Source of the DNA: Candidatus Omnitrophota bacterium
GTDB taxonomy: Bacteria; Omnitrophota; Gorgyraeia; Duberdicusellales; Duberdicusellaceae
Length of the DNA stretch: 64,000 nucleotides
Reading direction: 5' to 3'
Assembly (NCBI GenBank): GCA_016932855.1
Contig: JAFGCB010000027.1
Location: 2,721 to 66,720 of the forward strand
Shown here piece by piece: positions 57,407 to 64,000 of this stretch; the stretch's first letter is position 1; each line of letters begins with the position of its first letter. Made by a program: the position numbers and the translations under genes. Under the pieces are notes generated by a model. The model ran no database searches and had not been told where the DNA came from. It saw only the letters and a program-made list of their open reading frames with translations.

Positions 57407-59135
57407 GAGAACAGGTAGAATTCAGTCAATAAGCGGGAATTTAATCGCGGTGAAATTCCAAGGCAGCATAATCCAGAACGAGGTCGGTTTTGTCGTCTGC
57501 GGTAAGGAGCGTTTAAAATCCGAAGTTATACGCATAAGCGGCGATACCGCTTACATGCAGGTTTTTGAGAGCACTAAGGGTTTAAAGATCGATGATGTCG
57601 TGGAATTTTCCGGGCAAATGCTTTCGGTTCAGTTAGGCCCGGGATTATTGGGCCAGATTTATGACGGCTTGCAAAATCCCCTTCCGGAGCTGGCCGCCAA
57701 ACACGGATTTTTTCTTAAGCGGGGAGTTTTCTTAAATGCTATAGATTTTAACTCTAAATGGCATTTTACCCCGCTGGTAAAACCCGGGGATAGTGTTTCC
57801 GCCGGCATGCCGCTGGGGTATGTGCCCGAAAGCATTTTTAAACATTACATTATGGTTCCTTTTTATCTTTCAGGATCTTTTAGCGTTGAAGATATAGCCG
57901 CTGAAGGAGAATACCAGATAAAAGATATCATAGCTTCTATTAAGGATTCCCAGGCGAATAAGCATAATATTAATATGGCTTTTGCCTGGCCGGTGAAAAT
58001 CCCTATAACAGCTTACAGGCAGAAGCTCGCCCCAAACGAATCCTTAATAACAAAAGTTCGTATTATTGATACTTTTTATCCTATTGCCAGAGGGGGTACT
58101 TACTGTATTCCCGGGCCGTTCGGAGCGGGCAAAACAGTTCTTCAGCAGATAACAAGCAGGCACGCAGAAACCGATGTTGTTGTAATAGCTGCCTGCGGAG
58201 AAAGGGCCGGAGAAATCGTCGATACCTTAAGAACCTTTCCCGAGCTCGTAGACCCCCGCACAGGCAAATCCTTAATGGAAAGAACCATTATTATCTGCAA
58301 TACAAGCTCTATGCCTGTTGCCGCCAGGGAGGCTTCGGTGTATACGGCAGCTACCTTGGGAGAATACTACCGGCAGATGGGGCTAAGTGTTTTATTGTTG
58401 GCTGATTCCACTTCCCGCTGGGCCCAGGCAATGCGGGAAGTTTCCGGCAGATTAGAGGAGATTCCCGGAGAAGAAGCTTTTCCGGCATACCTTGAGTCGC
58501 GGATATCGGAATTTTATGAACGGGCCGGCTTAGTCGAGCTTCTAAGCGGTGAAAATTCCAGTCTAACTATAGGAGGGACCATCTCTCCGGCGGGAGGCAA
58601 TTTTGAAGAGCCGGTTACCCAGGCCACCTTAAAAGTTGTAGGCGCTTTTTTAGGATTGTCCAGGGACAGGGCAGAGGCCCGGAAGTTTCCTTCAATACAT
58701 CCCCTTGAAAGCTGGTCAAAATACCCGAGCTTTATACCTGCCGAATCAGCGCAGGAAGCAAAAAAGATTTTATTTAAGGGCAACGAAGTTAACCAGATGA
58801 TGAAGGTTGTGGGAGAGGAAGGGACATCTTTGGAGGATTTTATTATTTATCTAAAGGCCGAATTTTTAGACAGCGTATATCTGCAGCAGAACGGCTTTGA
58901 CGAAGTAGACGCGGTCACCTCGCCTGAGCGGCAAGAGTATGTTTTTACTAAAGTCCATAAAATATTAAGCAGCGATTTTCTTCTTGAGGACAAGGCACCG
59001 GCAAGGGATTTCTTTTATCAGTTAAGACATATGTTTATTGACTGGAATTATAAAGAGTGGGATTCCCAGGAATTCAAAGAACAGGAAAAAGAGATAGACA
59101 GTTTTCTGAAAGATAGAACAGGAAATAAATCCTAA
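57399..59135 (+). CDS. V/A-type ATPase subunit A
   Basis: GPFGAGKT, CGERAGE, NTSSMPVAARE, DSTSRWAQA, PGEEAFPAYL. Confidence 0.96.
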   Translation: MPERTGRIQSISGNLIAVKFQGSIIQNEVGFVVCGKERLKSEVIRISGDTAYMQVFESTKGLKIDDVVEFSGQMLSVQLGPGLLGQIYDGLQNPLPELAAKHGFFLKRGVFLNAIDFNSKWHFTPLVKPGDSVSAGMPLGYVPESIFKHYIMVPFYLSGSFSVEDIAAEGEYQIKDIIASIKDSQANKHNINMAFAWPVKIPITAYRQKLAPNESLITKVRIIDTFYPIARGGTYCIPGPFGAGKTVLQQITSRHAETDVVVIAACGERAGEIVDTLRTFPELVDPRTGKSLMERTIIICNTSSMPVAAREASVYTAATLGEYYRQMGLSVLLLADSTSRWAQAMREVSGRLEEIPGEEAFPAYLESRISEFYERAGLVELLSGENSSLTIGGTISPAGGNFEEPVTQATLKVVGAFLGLSRDRAEARKFPSIHPLESWSKYPSFIPAESAQEAKKILFKGNEVNQMMKVVGEEGTSLEDFIIYLKAEFLDSVYLQQNGFDEVDAVTSPERQEYVFTKVHKILSSDFLLEDKAPARDFFYQLRHMFIDWNYKEWDSQEFKEQEKEIDSFLKDRTGNKS

Positions 59136-59162
59136 GAGCATTTTATAAAAGTTTATAGGTAT

Positions 59163-60497
59163 ATGAGGAAAGTATATAACAAAATACTCTCTATTTCCGG
59201 AAACGTTATTACCGTAAAGGCTAAGGACGTTTCATACGAAGAGCTTGCCGAGGTCAGCACCCAGCAAGGTAAATCCTTAGCCCAGGTAATAAAGCTCGAC
59301 GAGGATACGGTTTACCTTCAGGTATTCGCCGGCAGCAGAGGTATTTCTACTGATGATGAAGTCCGCTTTCTGGGCCGTCCTATGGAAGTTGCCTTCTCCG
59401 ATAAGATGCTTGGCAGGATTTTTGACGGAAGCGGCATGCCTAGAGACAAGGGTCCGGCTTTAACCGAGAACCTTGTACCTATAGCAGGCCCGTCGGTTAA
59501 CCCCGCCAAGAGAATTATCCCCAGAAATATGATACGCACCAATATCCCCATGATAGATGTTTTTAATTCTTTGGTTGTTTCTCAGAAGCTTCCTATTTTT
59601 TCGGTCTCCGGCGAGCCCTACAATGAACTCCTTGCCCGCATAGCTCTTCAGGCCGAAGTTGATATGATTATTCTGGGAGGAGTCGGGCTTAAGCACGACG
59701 AATACCTCTTTTTTAAAGATGTGCTTGAGGAGGGAGGTGCGTTAAACAGAAGCATCTTTTTTATCCACACCGCTTCCGACCCTGTTGTTGAGGGTTTGAT
59801 GGTGCCTGATTTATCTCTGGCGGTAGCCGAACAATTCGCGCTTTCCGGTAAGAATATTTTGGTTTTGCTTACTAACATGACTAATTTTGCCGACGCTTTA
59901 AAAGAAATCTCTATTACCATGGAGCAGGTTCCTTCTAATAGAGGATTCCCGGGCGACTTATATAGTCAACTGGCTGCGCGCTATGAGAAGGCAGTTGATT
60001 TTGAAGGCGCCGGCTCGATTACGATTTTGGCGGTAACTACTATGCCCGGAGATGATGTAACTCACCCTGTTCCTGATAACACCGGATATATTACCGAAGG
60101 CCAGTTTTATTTAAGAAACGGCCGGATAGAGCCTTTCGGGTCATTAAGCAGGCTTAAGCAATTAGTAAATGACAAAACTCGTAAGGACCACCGGGCGATT
60201 ATGGACGGCATGATTCAGCTTTACGCTGAATACAAGAATACTGAAGAGAAACGGGCCATGGGATTTAGGATGAGTCCTTGGGATAAGAAGCTTCTAAAAT
60301 ACGGCCGCCTCTTTGAATCGGAGATGATGGATTTGTCAGTAAACACATCTCTTGAGAAAGCTTTGGATAAGGGATGGAATATTCTTTCCGAGTGTTTTAA
60401 TCCCGAAGAGACCAGCTTCCGTACTGATTTGATAGAAGAGTTTTGGCCCCGCAAACAACAGGACACAGAAGACATAAAAAAGAAAATAGATAAGTAA
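59163..60497 (+). CDS. V/A-type ATPase subunit B
   Basis: [37 protein letters not shown]. Confidence 0.95.
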   Translation: MRKVYNKILSISGNVITVKAKDVSYEELAEVSTQQGKSLAQVIKLDEDTVYLQVFAGSRGISTDDEVRFLGRPMEVAFSDKMLGRIFDGSGMPRDKGPALTENLVPIAGPSVNPAKRIIPRNMIRTNIPMIDVFNSLVVSQKLPIFSVSGEPYNELLARIALQAEVDMIILGGVGLKHDEYLFFKDVLEEGGALNRSIFFIHTASDPVVEGLMVPDLSLAVAEQFALSGKNILVLLTNMTNFADALKEISITMEQVPSNRGFPGDLYSQLAARYEKAVDFEGAGSITILAVTTMPGDDVTHPVPDNTGYITEGQFYLRNGRIEPFGSLSRLKQLVNDKTRKDHRAIMDGMIQLYAEYKNTEEKRAMGFRMSPWDKKLLKYGRLFESEMMDLSVNTSLEKALDKGWNILSECFNPEETSFRTDLIEEFWPRKQQDTEDIKKKIDK

Positions 60498-60537
60498 CAT
60501 ATCCTTTAAATTGTAATTTCTAGCCTTAAGCTTACAT

Positions 60538-61149
60538 ATGCCTAAAGTTAAGCATACCAAGAACGAATTAAAGATGCAGAAAGACGCCTTAAGGCGCTTC
60601 AGCCGGTATTTGCCGACTTTGAAATTAAAGAAGCAGCAGCTGCAGCTGGAGATTATTAGAGTCCAGCGTTTAATAGACGAACTTTCCGGGCTTATAAAAG
60701 ATTTAGAAAGAAGGGTCTTTGCTTGGGTCGATGTCTTTGCCGAAGATGTTGATGTCGGCAAGCTGTTAAGCTTGAAAGACATTAAGACGGAAATAGTTAA
60801 TATAGCCGGGATAGACATGCCTCATTTTGCGGGAGCGGAGTTTATCGAACAGACTTACGATTTTTTGCTTACGCCTCTATGGGTTGATGCCGGGATAAAG
60901 GCTTGCAAAGAGTTTATCGAGCTAAGAGCAAAACAGCAGGTTCTTAGGAAGCAGCATGAGATTTTGCGGGAAGAATTGCGTATTACAGTCCAGCGGGTTA
61001 ATCTTTTTGAAAAAGTAAAGATACCCCAGGCTCAGGAAAATATCAGGGTTATTAATATCTATCTGGGGGATTTACGGACTGCGGAAGTCGTGCGGGGCAA
61101 GATTGCAAAAGCAAAGATAGAGAACAAAAGAGAGGCCCTTGCAGTATGA
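60538..61149 (+). CDS. V/A-type ATPase subunit D
   Basis: TKNEL, LPTLKLKK, QRVNLFEKVKIP. Confidence 0.93.
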   Translation: MPKVKHTKNELKMQKDALRRFSRYLPTLKLKKQQLQLEIIRVQRLIDELSGLIKDLERRVFAWVDVFAEDVDVGKLLSLKDIKTEIVNIAGIDMPHFAGAEFIEQTYDFLLTPLWVDAGIKACKEFIELRAKQQVLRKQHEILREELRITVQRVNLFEKVKIPQAQENIRVINIYLGDLRTAEVVRGKIAKAKIENKREALAV

Positions 61150-62918
61150 TTGTTAAAATGCAGAAGCTTACAATTCTGGTGAGCACTAAGCATCGGGAAG
61201 AAGGTTTAAAGATATTAAGGAAACTGGGCGTGGTGCATGTAAAGCATTTAGAACCCTTGGTCTCTAAAGACATAACTTCTTTGGAAGAGAAATCCGTTTC
61301 TCTTAGCCAGGCCCTATCAATCATCGGCAACGAAAATAATCCGAAAGCCGCTAATCCCAAAGAAGATGTCCTTTCTCTTGCGGAGGAAATTATCGGCTTG
61401 CAGAAGAATAAAACAAGGTTGTTTAGCGCAATTCAAGATTGCGAAAATAAGCTGGATTGGTTTAGCCTGTGGGGCAAGGTTAGTCTTTCTTCCTTACGGC
61501 AATTAGAGGACTCAGGAATTTTTGTTAAGCTGTATATTTGTTCAAAAAAAGCCTTAAAAAATTTACCAAAAGATAAATTTATCCAGATTTTGCGGAGAGA
61601 TAAAACCGGAGTCTATCTGGCATTGGTTTCTTTTTCAAAAGAAGAGAGATTGGATTTAGAAGAGGTTATGTTTCCGGATACCGGTGCCCGGAGCTTAGAG
61701 GAGTTGGTGGCGGATAACAAAAATTCCTTAAGGATTATCGAGGCCAGGATAAAAGAGCTGGGAGCGTATAGAAAAGAGTTTTTAGCGTACAAGAAATCCT
61801 TGGCAAAAGAAATAGAGTTTACCAAGGTAAGACAGGGTATGGCCAAGGAAGAAGGGTTTTCTTATCTGGAAGGATTTTGTCCTAAAGAGGCGTTTTTTGA
61901 GTTTCAGAAGACCGCCTTTGATCATGGATGGGGCTATGTCGCCGAAGAGCCGGATGACCCCCAGGAGGTGCCCACTCTTATTAAGAACCCCAATTGGCTT
62001 AAAATAATAAATCCCGTCTTTAAGTTCATGGGTACTTTGCCGGGGTATAATGAATTTGATATAAGCCTGTGGTTTCTTCTTTTTTTCAGCCTCTTTTTCG
62101 CCATGCTTATCGGCGATGCCGGATATGGGTTTCTTTTTCTCTTTATGAGTATGCTGGCAAGGAAGAAATTTAAGAACTTGCCTGGCCAGCCTTTTATCTT
62201 AATTTATGTTTTAAGTATCGCTACCATATTCTGGGGCGCGGTAACCGGAACCTGGTTTGGCTACGAAAAAATAGCCCGGCTCCCCTTTTTTAGCTTTCTT
62301 GTAATAAATCAGATAAACAGTTTTGTGGACACTAATCAGATTTTTATGATGTATTTATGTTTTCTTATCGGTGTTGTGCATTTAAGCATAGCCCACGCTT
62401 TGATTGCGGTTAAGATGATAAATTCTCCCAAGGCTGTTGCTCAGCTTGGCTGGGTAGGCATATTATGGGGATTATTTTTTATTGCTGGCAAGCTTGTTTT
62501 GAATAAGCCTCTGCCGGGGTATACGCCGGCCTTGTTTATTTTGGGTGTTCTGGCGGTAGTATTTTTTTCTAACCCTCAGAAGAATATTTTAAAAGGTATC
62601 CTTGTTTCCTTGGCGGACTTGCCCCTAAAAATCATAAGCTCGTTTTCCGATGTTGTCTCGTATATCCGTCTATTTGCCGTGGGCACGGCAACCGTGGTCG
62701 TGGCCAAAAGTTTTAATGACTTAGCTCTAGCCAACGGCGTTAATAGTCTTATCGGCGGACTTATAGCGGCCTTAATCCTTTTTTTCGGTCATACCTTGAA
62801 TATACTTTTAGGCTTGATGTCTGTGATTGTCCATGGAGTAAGGCTGAACATGCTTGAGTTTTCCGGGCATTTAAATATGCAGTGGTCAGGAAGGCCCTAC
62901 GAACCTTTTAGAGAATAA
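61146..62918 (+). CDS. V/A-type ATPase subunit I (a)
   Basis: PTLIKN, PGYNEFD, GDAGYG, SDVVSYIRLFAVG, HGVRLNMLEF. Confidence 0.94.
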   Translation: MIVKMQKLTILVSTKHREEGLKILRKLGVVHVKHLEPLVSKDITSLEEKSVSLSQALSIIGNENNPKAANPKEDVLSLAEEIIGLQKNKTRLFSAIQDCENKLDWFSLWGKVSLSSLRQLEDSGIFVKLYICSKKALKNLPKDKFIQILRRDKTGVYLALVSFSKEERLDLEEVMFPDTGARSLEELVADNKNSLRIIEARIKELGAYRKEFLAYKKSLAKEIEFTKVRQGMAKEEGFSYLEGFCPKEAFFEFQKTAFDHGWGYVAEEPDDPQEVPTLIKNPNWLKIINPVFKFMGTLPGYNEFDISLWFLLFFSLFFAMLIGDAGYGFLFLFMSMLARKKFKNLPGQPFILIYVLSIATIFWGAVTGTWFGYEKIARLPFFSFLVINQINSFVDTNQIFMMYLCFLIGVVHLSIAHALIAVKMINSPKAVAQLGWVGILWGLFFIAGKLVLNKPLPGYTPALFILGVLAVVFFSNPQKNILKGILVSLADLPLKIISSFSDVVSYIRLFAVGTATVVVAKSFNDLALANGVNSLIGGLIAALILFFGHTLNILLGLMSVIVHGVRLNMLEFSGHLNMQWSGRPYEPFRE

Positions 62919-62996
62919 GTATTTTTTTATTAAGTAGGTTTGCCGGATAGGAAATTTATTAAAGAATTTTAATAGAAGCTAGCAAGAGGAGGTATT

Positions 62997-63437
62997 ATGG
63001 TACAAGGTTTAGGCGATATGAATCTTTCTTTGGTTTTAGCGGCCGCTGGTTCTGCCTTGGGGACCGGAGTTGCCGGGATGGCGGCAATCGGCGCCTGGAA
63101 AAAAGCTTTTGCCAACAATAAAATTGCACCGTTTATTATGATAGCTTTTGTGGGAGCACCTCTTACCCAGACAATTTACGGCATGATTCTTAGAAACGCC
63201 ATAAAAGACGCTAACCTTCCGCCGGAATCATACTTATTCCAGATGATAATCGGGCTTAGCGGCGGTTTGGCTATAGGGCTTTCTGCGTATATGCAGGGTA
63301 AAGCTGCTGCCCGGGCTTCCGACGCCTTGGGAGAAACAGGCAAAGGATTTGGTAATTATCTTATGGTTTTGGGCGTCATTGAAACCGTTGCTTTGTTTGT
63401 TATGATATTCTGCATGCAGGCTTTGCCGAAAATATAA
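62997..63437 (+). CDS. V/A-type ATPase subunit K (c), 4-TM
   Basis: GSALGTG, PLTQTIYG, QGKAAA, GVIETVALF. Confidence 0.93.
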   Translation: MVQGLGDMNLSLVLAAAGSALGTGVAGMAAIGAWKKAFANNKIAPFIMIAFVGAPLTQTIYGMILRNAIKDANLPPESYLFQMIIGLSGGLAIGLSAYMQGKAAARASDALGETGKGFGNYLMVLGVIETVALFVMIFCMQALPKI

Positions 63438-63566
63438 ATTTCTGATTCTAGTTTATGAAAAATAGGTAAGGCCGCATTGAAATAACAGTATCTAAGAAAG
63501 AAACGAAATATATAAACTTAATCTTTCCTTGATTTTTTGATATATTTTGTTATTTTTTATTTATAA

Positions 63567-63642
63567 GGGCGGTTGGCGCAGCTGGGAGCGCACATGATTT
63601 ACATTCATGGGGTCGCAGGTTCAATCCCTGCACCGCCCACCA
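63567..63642 (+). tRNA. tRNA-Val(TAC)
   Basis: GGGCGGT...CATGA-TTTACAT-TCATG...GGTTCAATCCC...ACCGCCCACCA. Confidence 0.92.
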
Positions 63643-63665
63643 TATTTTTTAAGAAAGTAAGTTTC

Positions 63666-64000
63666 GTGGAGCAGAAAACCTGTAAAAATCACGACCAAGT
63701 CGAGGCAAAGTGGAAATGCGAGATATGCCAGGGTTACTTTTGCGATGAGTGCATTAAGGTAAGCCAGATTACCGGCCTGGATATCCAGACTTGCAAAGGC
63801 TGCGGGGGAAAGTGTGACTTGCTTTCCAAGGTCGAGTCCGTCCAATCACAGGTAAGCCCGGCTGCTTCTTTCTTTGACCAGCTCCCTTCGGTATTCGCCT
63901 ACCCTTTTGTAAGGGGCGGGCTATCCAGATTTATTATAGGCGTTATTTTCTTTTCCTTTCTTAATTTCATCGCTTCCTTTTCTATTTTCGGGTTTGCTAC
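63666..64000 (+). CDS. Zn-finger (B-box-like) membrane protein, 3' end outside window
   Basis: Manual translation from GTG: MEQKTCKNHDQVEAKWKCEICQGYFCDECIKV...CKGCGGKC...SFFDQLPSVFAYPF, then a hydrophobic segment. Confidence 0.7.
   Translation, partial: MEQKTCKNHDQVEAKWKCEICQGYFCDECIKVSQITGLDIQTCKGCGGKCDLLSKVESVQSQVSPAASFFDQLPSVFAYPFVRGGLSRFIIGVIFFSFLNFIASFSIFGFA

Overview
Replication-origin region of a low-GC bacterial chromosome. Gene content and style suggest Candidatus Omnitrophota or a similar uncultured anaerobe; this is inference only. Genes left of ~16.1 kb all read on the minus strand: dnaA-dnaN-dciA-gyrB-gyrA, 6S RNA, rarA, 5-formyl-THF cyclo-ligase, rny, ymdB, PilZ, dxs, and 2-oxoacid:ferredoxin oxidoreductase. 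Genes to the right all read on the plus strand: rpmH-yidD-yidC, two parS sites, parAB, ndk, yicC-remA-gmk-rpoZ, tRNAs, thrS-infC-rpmI-rplT, a Trk K+ operon, pheST, yvcK, rsmI, a PyrR-attenuated and heavily interrupted pyr cluster with two tandem carB paralogs, and a V/A-type ATPase operon. No CRISPR array, integrase or transposase was seen. The most unusual content is non-coding or small. (1) A recurring AATTY-[hairpin]-TCATT element lies directly upstream of rny, infC, rplT and pyrR. (2) A 30-bp palindrome occurs three times around a small ArsR-type gene. (3) About ten intergenic hairpins are built from 7-9-bp tandem units; two of them are colinear ~100-bp direct repeats flanking a two-nuclease cassette, and a similar heptamer tract sits in frame inside pyrK. 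(4) An unannotated 36-aa membrane peptide lies inside the Trk operon. (5) DnaA boxes lie inside dnaN, next to a B. subtilis-like DnaA-trio unwinding site.
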